Assembly: GCA_964035545.1 (NCBI GenBank)
Contig: OZ037772.1
Coordinates: forward strand, 8,177,150 to 8,241,149
DNA: 64,000 nt
Direction: 5' to 3'
DNA from: Bugula neritina
Lineage: Eukaryota > Animalia > Bryozoa
Part shown: positions 11,368 to 21,956 of the stretch, piece by piece
Position numbering within the stretch: position 1 is the stretch's first letter
Layout: each line of letters starts with the position of its first letter
Program-made: the position numbers and the translations under genes
Notes under the pieces: generated by a model
Seen by the model: only the letters and a program-made list of their open reading frames with translations
What the model was told of the DNA's origin: nothing
The model's database searches: none

Positions 11368-14300
11368 TCAGGACGTCCCCAACAGGCCGTTGTACCAGGT
11401 GGCTATGTCAACTTCAGTGCTCTTGTAGTGCTGCACAAATGGATGATCCTGGGAAAAGAGTTACAGAAACTTTAAGATGCTGTTCAGTTGTATTTGGATA
11501 ACAGTAAAAAGCTATAAAAACATGAATAAAATTGGATAGTCGTAGACGGATTAGAGTGTTATAATTGATATTATTGTTACTGTTACTTATTTACAATCAA
11601 TTTGATTGAATTATCAGAAACGAGGATAACTCCTAATCAATTGCATTTTAGACACTGAATTAACTTATTGGAAATCAGGAAAACTGTCCCGGAAAGATAA
11701 TAATTTCAATTAGAGTTTCTTTCCAATCTTGACACAACTACCATTAATGTATCAGGAAGTCCATTCCAATGTAAAAGCATTCTATCAAAATGTAAAATAA
11801 GGTTTTATTCTTTGAGACAAAAGTGTAAGTATTTATATTGTTACTTGTTAAATTTACAATCAATTGGATTAATTCATTAGAAGTTAGAAAAACATTACCA
11901 GGAAGTCAATTTATATGTTTTGACCTGTAGACTAGGAATTTTATCAAAATATAGCCAAAGTTTTCATTATTTGAGAGAGAAGGTGTAAATATTAACAAGA
12001 TTACTTGCCGTTAAATTCATAATAGATAGGATTAATTAGAAATCAGAAAAACTATTGTCTGGAAGACCATTTACATGATTTGACTAAGTATTTTATCAAT
12101 ATGTAGATTGAGTTTCCATCCATCAAGACAGAAATTGATCTCTAGAAGAACATGTTCTATCCCAATTGATGTCTAGAGCTTACCAGCAACTTTTTATACT
12201 TGGGTCTCTCCTTGTAGTCCTTGGTGAGACATTGAGCAATGAAGTGAGTGAAGTGGGGAGAGAACTGTTGGTCAGAGGGCAGTGTAGGGGGGTCGGAGGT
12301 CAACACGGAGGACAAAACTTCAAAGTCTGTCTCACAATTGTTGTATGGGAACTCTCCAGCAGCTAACTCTACCTGTGAATACATAACACTCAGACTACGT
12401 AGTATATACTACAATGTATAGCAGCTAACTCTACCTGCGAATACATCACACTCAGACTACATGGTATATACTACAATGTATAGCAGCTAACTGTACCTGC
12501 GAATACAACACACTCAGACTACATAGTATATACTACAATGTATTGCAGCTACCTTTACCTGCGAATATATCACACTCAGACTACGTACCAGAGTTACACC
12601 GAGGCTCCACACGTCTGCACGAATATCGTAGTCTGGTTTGGAAGGATCCGGAGGCTGTATCCTTTCCGGGGCCATGTAACTACAAGGAACACAAGCTCAA
12701 TATTATAGAATCATGTAACTACATGGAACATAGGCTAAAGAATATAGAACCATGTAACTACAAGGAACACAAGCTAAAGAATATAGAACCATGTAACTAC
12801 AAGGAACACAAGCTAAAGAATATAGAACCTTGTAACTACAAGGAACACAAGCTAAAGAATATAGAACTTTGTAACTACATGGAACACAGGCTAAAGAATA
12901 TAGAACCATGTAACTACAAGGAACACCAGAGGTCATGAAACAAAAAACAGTGAGCAGTAGAACAGAATTTCGTACACAACCTAATTTTAATACACTGAAG
13001 TCCCAACTCTACAAACCGCCTTTCACCGCACAAAAAGCTTACCCAGCACAGGCCGTGCCCGTTCTCGTCACCGCCTTTGAGTCCACCAATCTACCGCTGA
13101 TACCAAAATCGCACAACTTTACCGAGCCGTCTGTGTCCAGGAGAATGTTGGAGGGTTTTACATCTCTGTGTATGACGCCGTGTTCTTCTTTCAGGTAGTT
13201 GAGTGCGTTTAGCACCTGCACCAATAACGAAATCAGTGCAATAGAAAAATAAATAGTTTACAGCAATATTAACCGATGGTGAAACTGAGAAAATACAAAC
13301 ATAAATAATCACGTTGATAAAATAAAACACTAAGAAAACTATATAATGCCCAGGAAAGCAAACAGTTCAACAGCAAAATACTTTCAAAGAAAATTTAAAA
13401 TTTTAGAATACATAAATCAACTAACTAAATACAAACTTCAATAATAATATAGTTCTACCAAAATATTACCTGGTACTTCAGGAAAAGATTGCGCCATCTT
13501 TAAAAGTTAAACATAACTTTTGCTAGCCTTTCACATTTAGTAAAAGTTTAACACGTACATATATTTAAAAATATATATATATTAAAATATATTAAAAATA
13601 TACATAGATTTAATATCCTATTAGATAAGAAGCACTCACCGCCACTGTAATCTTCCCGATAATTATTTCAGGAATTGATGATTTCGTTCTCTTCATTAAT
13701 TTGTCGAGACATGTCGCCATCAGCTCCATACATATCCACACCTCACTCTGAAACACGGAGAAATTCATTTATAGACTCTCGGCACCACGGAATGTGGAAC
13801 TGTTTTTCTCCAAGCAAGAGAAGACAATTGGAATTTCCAATAAATTAGAGTCCAGCAATTTTAAGTATCAAACATATTGTATTTCTTGACACTGTTCGCG
13901 CAATCAACCGTGTTACTATTTACGAAGCTTTGGGTCCAAAAAACATGATGAGTCAGAATTATATGCTTTTTATACCATAGCAAATGACTGTAAATCACAG
14001 ATCTTTCATTTAAAATACTGTGAAAAAACTACACAAATTAATTACATACTTCAGTGATAAAAATGCCGTAACAATGAACTATGTAGGGGCAGCTGTGACT
14101 CTTCAACACCGTTTCTAAGTCCATTATTATTCTTTTATTCTCTTCACGATTACCCGAACGCCTCATTTGCTACAAAACAGAAACTTAATTGTGAAGAAAT
14201 CGTTCTTTCTCAAAAACATTTAAACTAGAAAAATTTCATGAAATTAATAGAGATGACAAAAAAACTGTAGACCAGGCAGCAAAGCATTTGTCTGTGCCAC

Positions 14301-15363
14301 ACACATGGTTTAGGAAGTCACAAATTAATACGAAATTTGCTTGCTAAAGTTAGTTTGATACATATACATAGACTCTAATAGCAAATAATCCGCACTATGC
14401 TAGAACAGGCAGCTGTATTACTAGCTTATCATTGGTATAAACATTTCTTTTAGTATTTGATAGTATGACAACTTGAAGTTAGAAAATTGATTCAAACTCA
14501 CAAATAATTTAAATATGATGACAACACTATATACTCGCACTTTTAGTACAAGGCACATAGAATAAACACACATACTTTAACAGCCATAATCTGTTGCGTC
14601 TGCTTGTGTTTCATTCTAAACACTTGACCACAGGTTCCATGACCTAGTTCTCCTAAATCTTCTAGGTCAGACTGCTCATACTTGGCTTTACCGGCTTCTC
14701 CGAGATCCAGTACCCCAGTGAGTTTCATTATTTCTTGGTACTTTTCATCGATGGCACTACTGTAAGCATATTATACTAGTGAGTGCATGAGTTTACACAG
14801 CACTATTATAGGTATGTTGAATGGTAATCACTAGAAGCAGCACAAAGTTGGGGGTCATTGAGTGCAGTGTTTGCATAGATGTCCGAATTCCAAACCCCCA
14901 ACTCCAAACTTGATATCCCTGTACCTAGTGACCACCAACATAGTGCTCCTTTAAGCGATTTTCACATTGTACACCCAGAGTTATTACATTATATTTCGTG
15001 AGCATATCATACTCAAATTTAAATGGCACTTTAGTAGGCACATGCAATACTAGGAATTATGTATCAATTTCAAGAGTTATTATGAGTACCTATCGGGGAC
15101 TCTCAGATTAGTTGCTCTGGGATTTACATCAACAGCTCGCCTTCTGCGAGAATCTGCTGAGAAATTCATAGTAGGTCTACCTGATGCTGGGGGTGTTCCG
15201 AAACCTATAAATGCATAATCATTAAATAATGACAACATGAATACATTATTGGAAGAAATGATCATTTCATTGCAGTTTTTTCTCTTAAAAGCTACTTGGC
15301 CATATAATCTTTTTGATTTAAGCAATAAATAGCAATACTACTACTAGAAGTAGTACTACTACC

Positions 15364-15408
<45 letters not shown>

Positions 15409-15894
15409 CCTAATGGCAATACTAATATTAATAATGATGTTCACAGAGTCTTTAGTTCAAACTTATTTTTAAAGGTACTACTGCAACAGTATGAATGTAA
15501 AAAATTCAAAGTAAATTTAAAAATACAAAAAGCTAAACATTAATCAGAAACTCACAGCCAAAATGAAAACTTTAAAGTGGAATCTAATTTTATTTTTCAA
15601 ATAAAATTAATTAAATTGAAAGTCAATGACTGAAAGAGATACTCTTAGTCTTGATTTTTTTGCTGGTTCCTATCAGTATTAAAGTATTTTTATTATAAAT
15701 TAAAAAAATTCAATTTTGCCCGACATTTTCGGGATATTAAGAGCAAATAAATAATGCTTACCACCGAGTACTGGCCGGTTTGAGAGGCGAGTAGAGGAAT
15801 TGCCCGAATTGGGATCAGTTCTAGAACTACTTTGCATTCTTAGCTCTAAATTTTTGATCTTATTTGAAAGATCACTTTTTTCTTTATTATCCAT
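11368..15894 (-). CDS. MAP2K7: Dual-specificity MAP kinase kinase 7 (MKK7/hemipterous-like), ~397 aa
   Basis: Exons (minus) 15894-15762, 15204-15090, 14759-14576, 14169-14050, 13747-13640, 13215-13043, 12679-12589, 12372-12184, 11448-11368 total 1194 nt. Motifs: [119 protein letters not shown]. These match MKK7 rather than MKK4. Confidence 0.93.
12359..12588 (-). repeat. 62-bp tandem repeat forming MKK7 intron 7
   Basis: ACCTG anchors at 12371, 12433, 12495, 12557 give an exact 62-bp period. Confidence 0.93.
12672..12930 (-). repeat. 39-bp tandem repeat spanning the MKK7 exon 7 acceptor
   Basis: CATGTAACTAC anchors (two are variants) at 12673, 12712, 12751, 12790, 12829, 12868, 12907. Confidence 0.93.
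15364..15408. repeat. (AAT)n microsatellite
   Basis: Direct inspection. Confidence 0.95.
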
Positions 15895-17397
15895 AATGTA
15901 GAAATACAACGTTTTTTCTAAAAGTGACTAATATTTATTATAATTATTACAGCTGGCAGGAAAAATATAATAGAAAAATTAGTGTCTCTGTCGTTGAGTG
16001 TGAGTGAACAAATAGTTGGGAGTTCCTCGGCTTGCTAATCCGGAAATACAAAGATCTCTAATAGTGGCCTTCTAAGTATGTTTGGGAGCAGTGGCTAAAC
16101 TGTTTTTAGTCGCAATTTTAGACCTAGTTTAAACACGCAAAGCTAGTAATTGTACATAATAGGAATAATATTTTCGGCGATTTTATTGAAGGATCCGGTC
16201 TATAATAATCGGACCCACTTTTGCCTTTTCAGTGTTGTGTAGTCTGCGAAATTCACATTGACTAAACGCCAACATCAACATGTTGATGTTATGGTGGCAA
16301 GTAAAACTAAAAGTTAGCTGTTAAATGTCAATATGCGCATCCAGCTTAACCATTGTTTATTCAGTTTCACAAGAGCGACAACAAATTACCACCGTATATG
16401 ATTACGAAGCAAACGTAATGTTTTGTTCACAAAAATAGCTTCTGCAGTCCTTGGGCTTGCAGTTGCCGTTGGCGTTGTTAGACTAATTAAAATTTAGTAG
16501 AGTAATTACTAAATTAGTGCAGTTTTACTAATTAGTAATTATTGATGTTATTGATAAATTTAATATTGATGTTCATATTGTCTTCAATTTTGCAATCACT
16601 ATGACACTTATATGATTAGACTATCACTATAACATTTACTATAACTATGCAGTAATGACTATGAGTAAAGGTAATACTAATAGACATAGTAATACTTATA
16701 CTAGTAATACTTATAGTCTAATAGTAATAGTGCACCATCTTTACCCTTCAGCCTCCATAAAACTAGAAGTAGAAGCAATATCAATATGAATATTATTATT
16801 TTATTACACCTTCATCATTTAATTTTATGTAATCATGTTTCTTTTAAATTTACCAATATAAATATGAATGTTCAAAGTGAATTGTAATCACTTAATACTA
16901 ATAGTAATAGTTAATAACGAAATTTGATTAGTTGAACCTAAGCTAGGGCTAATGCCAAATTCATGTTCATAATAACAATAATTACATTAAAGTAAGATTG
17001 AAGCATTAATAATATTAATAATTATGGTTATTGAATGTTTATATGTATGTAGATAATATATGAATACATATGAATATATTCATATTGTTTAAGCTTGATA
17101 TTATCATTGTGTTTTTCCAGTATGTGAAGGCTATAGGCATAGCAAGTCACATTTGATTCTAACAAAAGTATTTCTATTCACGTTAGTAAGTTTTTATTGA
17201 CTTCAGTCCTGTTACCTCTCTGATTACCTCTGATGAGGTAGAACGCTCTTGACCATCATATGACGTTAGTAGAGCGCCTCATGTGTGTGACAGTGAGTGC
17301 TCCGTTTTTTTTTTTTTTTTTTTTTTAGTGCTTCCGCATTACCGCTGATATTATTCAATTTAGATAGTGATATTTAAAAGGAAAATTGATAGGTAAG

Positions 17398-20184
17398 CTA
17401 GGTAAATCCTCTCATGTCGCGTATCGTTCTTGGTAAGAAACTTTGGTGGTAACAGCTAGAGCGAGAAGAAATGGAGTTGGGTAAACCTTGGGCTGCTGAT
17501 CTCGTAGTTACGGACATGAGAGAGCGATTTTCCACAACCTCATCATAGTCTGATGCAAGTGTACTGTGTGTGGCTTCAGACTGTAGAATACGTGTCAATA
17601 GTGTGAGTCTATGATTTTTACGCCTCGTTTGTAATGGTAGTAGACCCAGTTCGCATCGAGCGTCACTAACACTCTCTCGCCCCTTGAGACCTGATATGAA
17701 CCTCACAGCACGATTCTGAACCATTTCTATATCATGTATGGTGGTTTTTAAATAAGGATCCCAGAGGGTATCTGCATACTCCAACAATGGACGGCAGAGG
17801 CTGGTGTAAGCCAAGAGTTTGCCATTTTTTGGAGCATCATGGAGAGCAAACTTTATTGCTCCTAGGACTCTGCTAGCTTTTTGTGATTTCAGCACAATGT
17901 GTTTGTCAAATTTAAGGTTACTCTGCATGGTCACACCGAGATACTTGGTCTCTTCAGTCCATTGGACAGGTGTACTCCCAAGCTTATAAGATGGAAGGCC
18001 TGTTTGGCGACCAAATGATATAGCATGGCATTTACTTTCATTAAAAGGCATCTTCCACTGTTGGGACCAGTTATATACTGCATCGATATTGACCTGGAAG
18101 TCTGCAGCATCTGCTTCTGAGTTTACTCTTTGGTACAACAGGGTGTCATCTGCATAAAGACTGACACAACAATTGACACAACTTGGTAAATCGTTAATAT
18201 AGACCAAGAATAGTGTGGGTCCTAGTACAGATCCTTGGGGGACGCCCGATGTTACTGGGAGCTCAGTTGAGCATGAGCCTTTGATTACAACTCTCTGTTT
18301 TCTGTTGGTGATGAAATCTTGAATCCAATTTATAATCTGTGGGTTAACTTCTGGAATGCGACGTAGTTTCAGTAGTAGTAGGGAATGGGGGACTTTGTCA
18401 AATGCTTTTTTAAAGTCTAGAACAATTGCATGTGTGTCTTGTGATTGGTCGTGCGCTTTGGCAATGTCATGGTATGTTGAGCACAGCTGAGTATCGCATG
18501 ACATTCCCTTCCGAAAACCATGCTGCCTGTTGTGAAGTATATTGTCAAGGGTTGCATTCAGGTAGTGCAGGATTATGTGCTCAAGCATTTTGCACGGAAT
18601 GCTTGTGAGAGAGATAGGCCTATAATTCTGTGGCGATTCCTTGCTTCCTCCTTTATGTATTGGGGTTACATTAGCAAGTTTCCACTCTCTTGGTAGTTTT
18701 CCAGATTTAAGTGAGGCATGGTATATGTGCTGAAGACAAGTGGCATTTATTCCAGTATCAACTAATAGGTCTGGTTTTCTTATGCCGTCTGGCCCCGGTG
18801 ATTTACCATTTGCCAAACCTCTAATAAGTGACTCAAGCCCCTTGATGGATATGCATATGTTATGAGTATCACTGCTATAATTTGGATATTGTGACACCTG
18901 GTGATCTTGGCAGAACTGACTATAAAAATAACTGTTCAAGATTTCAGCGCATCTCAGTGAGTTGTCAGTTAGTTGATTAGTATCAGGGTCAGTAAGAGAC
19001 ATAGAAATATTATCTTGACCAGTTTTTTGCCTCAGGTGTTTGAAAAAAGGCTTGGAATTTCCCCTCTCTAATGGTTTACATACCTTCTCAACTACATAGT
19101 TCCTCTTCTTGTGACGAAGCAATGTTTTGCAAGATTTTCGCTCTGTTTTATACTTCTCCAAGAAAAACACATCCCTTGTTTTTTTATACTTAAACCAAGT
19201 TTTTCTTTGCTTTTGAGCAAGCTTCTTTGCCTCCTTATCAAACCAAACAGGCCAGCGAGAGTTTTTTGATTTTAAAACTTTTGTAGGAATGTGATTTTTG
19301 CAAGCCTGCGCAAGACCTTCTCTAAAAAGGAGCCACATGTTGTCCGGGTCTGACATGTCCTCAAGTTTGTTACAGACAGTTTGCATACTGTCTCTGAAAC
19401 CAGTTATATTTGCATTTTTGTATAGTTTAATTGTTTTCGGTTGTGTTTTTAAGAGATTTGGTCTATGGCAGGTGAGCACTGCAGTGACGATGTAGTGATC
19501 ACTGAGACCCGGAGATATTATATCAATATCTGTGACTAACGCTGTGTTATTGGTACAGATTAAATCCAGGATATTACCATGAATATGAGTGGGTTGCGTA
19601 ACAAGTTGTTGCATCCTGTTTTCAAATAACATGGTGAGAAAGTCCAAGTGTACAGACTTGAATTTTGCACCATATTTTAGTTTTCTGGTTTCCCAGTCTA
19701 TTTCAGGGAGGTTAAAGTCACCAACAAGAATGATGGAATGATGATGGTATTTGTTGGTGATGTGTTCAATGACATTTCTCAAAGCTGCCATGTTTAGCAT
19801 TGATATGTTTGGTCTATAGTAGCAGCATATTATAATGCTGTGTTTGATCTGTACTACAACCATTTCTTCGCCCAAAGTGTCGAGTTCAACTTTAGTTGGC
19901 TGAAGCGAATTCGCTGCTGCTATAAGGACCCCGCCACCATGAATATTACGGTCCCATCTAAATATGGTCTTGCTTTGGCTAGAGAGAATGTCACAGTTGT
20001 TTATAGTGTCATCAATATGTGTTTCTACTAAACAAACTATATCATATTCAGATGTAATGAATTGAACTTCGGCCGTTTTCCCCTTAACAGACCTGGAGTT
20101 TGCCAAAAATAAGGCTAGTGGGCTCTCGCTACACTGTTTAATGCCGGCGTCAGACGCTTCCATTCCCCCGAGGGTTGCTGACAT
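17398..20184 (-). CDS. LINE ORF2: apurinic-like endonuclease + reverse transcriptase (928 aa)
   Basis: LANSRS, CLVETH, VGDFN, LDL, SDH endonuclease motifs. KSPGPDGI, NYRPISLTS, QHGF, LDFKKAFD, GVPQGSVLGP, LYADD, KYLGV RT motifs. Confidence 0.95.
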   Translation of the reverse strand: MSATLGGMEASDAGIKQCSESPLALFLANSRSVKGKTAEVQFITSEYDIVCLVETHIDDTINNCDILSSQSKTIFRWDRNIHGGGVLIAAANSLQPTKVELDTLGEEMVVVQIKHSIIICCYYRPNISMLNMAALRNVIEHITNKYHHHSIILVGDFNLPEIDWETRKLKYGAKFKSVHLDFLTMLFENRMQQLVTQPTHIHGNILDLICTNNTALVTDIDIISPGLSDHYIVTAVLTCHRPNLLKTQPKTIKLYKNANITGFRDSMQTVCNKLEDMSDPDNMWLLFREGLAQACKNHIPTKVLKSKNSRWPVWFDKEAKKLAQKQRKTWFKYKKTRDVFFLEKYKTERKSCKTLLRHKKRNYVVEKVCKPLERGNSKPFFKHLRQKTGQDNISMSLTDPDTNQLTDNSLRCAEILNSYFYSQFCQDHQVSQYPNYSSDTHNICISIKGLESLIRGLANGKSPGPDGIRKPDLLVDTGINATCLQHIYHASLKSGKLPREWKLANVTPIHKGGSKESPQNYRPISLTSIPCKMLEHIILHYLNATLDNILHNRQHGFRKGMSCDTQLCSTYHDIAKAHDQSQDTHAIVLDFKKAFDKVPHSLLLLKLRRIPEVNPQIINWIQDFITNRKQRVVIKGSCSTELPVTSGVPQGSVLGPTLFLVYINDLPSCVNCCVSLYADDTLLYQRVNSEADAADFQVNIDAVYNWSQQWKMPFNESKCHAISFGRQTGLPSYKLGSTPVQWTEETKYLGVTMQSNLKFDKHIVLKSQKASRVLGAIKFALHDAPKNGKLLAYTSLCRPLLEYADTLWDPYLKTTIHDIEMVQNRAVRFISGLKGRESVSDARCELGLLPLQTRRKNHRLTLLTRILQSEATHSTLASDYDEVVENRSLMSVTTRSAAQGLPNSISSRSSCYHQSFLPRTIRDMRGFT

Positions 20185-21059
20185 TCAATTTGCAGATTTC
20201 TTATTCTGTATGCAGATCCAGGGTTGTCACTTTTCAGTCCACGCACACACTCACGGAGGGCGAACTCTTGGTTGCGGATTTCCTTGCTGGCATCTAGCTT
20301 GCAGAAGACTTTGTCACCTTTAAGTCCCCAAGAGTTCACCCTCTTTATGAAGGCCCATTTAGATTGGATAGTCTCAAAGATAACTTTTATGGGTCTAGCG
20401 GTTTCCGCACTCTTTTTTCCGAGTCTTAAGGCTGCATGAGGTTTGTCGAGGTTTTTGAATCTTTCTTCTCTCATGAATTTTTCGACCTGCTCTAATACCG
20501 GTATTTCATCTCCTTCCGGCACACCATATAGAATGGCATTACATTTTCTAGCATCTGCCTCACTTATTTCATTACTTTTCTGCATCAACTTCTCAGCATT
20601 TCTGTTTACTTCAACAGCCTTATTCATTTGCACTGTACTTTGCTCAACAAGCTTAGAACATTGATCTTCTAGGGACTTTATGTTCTCATTGTTACTCTTT
20701 AGTGTATCAGCATACGTGAGTTGCATGCCTTTAACAGCTCGGTCAATATCGTTAAGTTTGTTCATTGTTAACAGATTCATTTCTTCCAGCTTTTCTTTTA
20801 GTTCTGTAATTGAAGTTTTAGCTTTAGTTTGGTCTTGAGAGTCTACATTAATTACCAGCTCCGGTATGCATTTGGTGCAGAACCATCTTACTCCTTTCCC
20901 TTCTGCGCTAGAGATGAGATTTGCCTCATATTTGGTGAGGTCCTGACATTGGCTGTGATACCATGCCTCACAGCAATCACAGCGTATCATCACATGACAT
21001 TTTTGCTCATCAGCCTTCAGGTTGCAATAGGCGCACTTATCTTTGCTCTTAGATGGCAT
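20115..21059 (-). CDS. LINE ORF1: PHD finger + coiled coil + RRM-like region
   Basis: CAYC...IRCDCCEAWYHSQC...WFCTKC (C4HC3 PHD), then NAILYGVPE and RLGKK...RPIKV typical of CR1-group ORF1. First ATG is at 21059; the track start at 21089 is TTG. Confidence 0.88.
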   Translation of the reverse strand: MPSKSKDKCAYCNLKADEQKCHVMIRCDCCEAWYHSQCQDLTKYEANLISSAEGKGVRWFCTKCIPELVINVDSQDQTKAKTSITELKEKLEEMNLLTMNKLNDIDRAVKGMQLTYADTLKSNNENIKSLEDQCSKLVEQSTVQMNKAVEVNRNAEKLMQKSNEISEADARKCNAILYGVPEGDEIPVLEQVEKFMREERFKNLDKPHAALRLGKKSAETARPIKVIFETIQSKWAFIKRVNSWGLKGDKVFCKLDASKEIRNQEFALRECVRGLKSDNPGSAYRIRNLQIECQQPSGEWKRLTPALNSVARAH

Positions 21060-21576
21060 TCCTTTATTTATTATATTACTTTTATGCAACTACTGGTAGT
21101 TGTCAATATGATAAGTGATTATCGTTATAAAAAAAAATATTAGTATTACATGTACTACCAATACAGTATTACTAATAGTACTACTGCGTTTACTAACTAA
21201 AAATATATACTATCAACTAGGCGGCACTAAAAATTTATAATGCAGTGATACTGATAGTCAGTCGGAAGTTCAGGTTGAATCTCTTCGATGGGTACTAAAT
21301 TCTGTGTTGATTACTGACTTACAAAAGACTAGGGTTTGAGTAAAAATTAATGAGCACACCCCTGCCTCTACTAGTATTACTATAAGCGACCTAATTTTGA
21401 AATTACGTTAAATTGTTTGAAAGTTTAAAATTTGGCGTTCTCCATTACTGTTAATTTACTATTTAGTAGTGGCATCCTAAAAATGACAATGACAATAAGC
21501 TATTTTACTACGTAATTGAAAGAATTATTTGCTTCAACTATGCAACATTAAATTGATTAAACCTGTTTGCACTTGA

Positions 21577-21956
21577 AGAATCCCTGACACAATTCACTTA
21601 TGCAGTATTAAATTATTCTTATAATATATGTAATCGCCGAGATGGCTTGAAATTTTAAACTTTGAACTTTCAAGCCATATCGGTGATTAGGCTGTGCAGT
21701 GCGCCAGCTATAAATAGCACTCAATAGAAGTTAGCTATAATTAGTATAACTTTTATAGTAGCGATAAAGTCAAAGCCTACTGGAATGTCATTTCTAAGCG
21801 ATCTAAAATCCCAAATCATTTCAGCACATACTCCCCCAAAATTCATTATAAAACAAAATTGTTTCTGCATCCAACATTACAACAGTGTATAGATAAAAAC
21901 TTATATGTATATACGAATATTTTAATGCTGCATAAGTGAAGTGTGACAGGGATTCT
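21577..21956. mobile_element. Kolobok-like MITE
   Basis: TIR AGAATCCCTGACACAATTCACTTATGCAG / CTGCATAAGTGAAGTGTGACAGGGATTCT, flanked by TTGA and TTAA. Confidence 0.75.

Larger units (their letters stand above)
17212..21370 (-). mobile_element. Apparently full-length non-LTR retrotransposon (CR1/L2-group LINE)
   Basis: Two open ORFs (PHD ORF1; APE+RT ORF2). The 3' UTR has an A22 run (17305-17326), then a stem-loop and short ATCAGAGGTA repeats near 17212-17280. The 5' boundary is approximate and no TSD was identified. Confidence 0.88.

Noticed and set aside
11560-12130. Degenerate long-period repeats in the last MKK7 intron
   Set aside because: Too decayed to define a unit or boundaries by eye.
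12359-12930. CRISPR-like appearance of regular 39- and 62-bp repeats
   Set aside because: No unique spacers, no cas genes, and a eukaryotic intron context.
16333-16400. Candidate FPGS mitochondrial leader MRIQLNHCLFSFTRATTNYH
   Set aside because: The only nearby GT gives phase 1, but the ATG exon needs phase 2; unsupported without transcripts.
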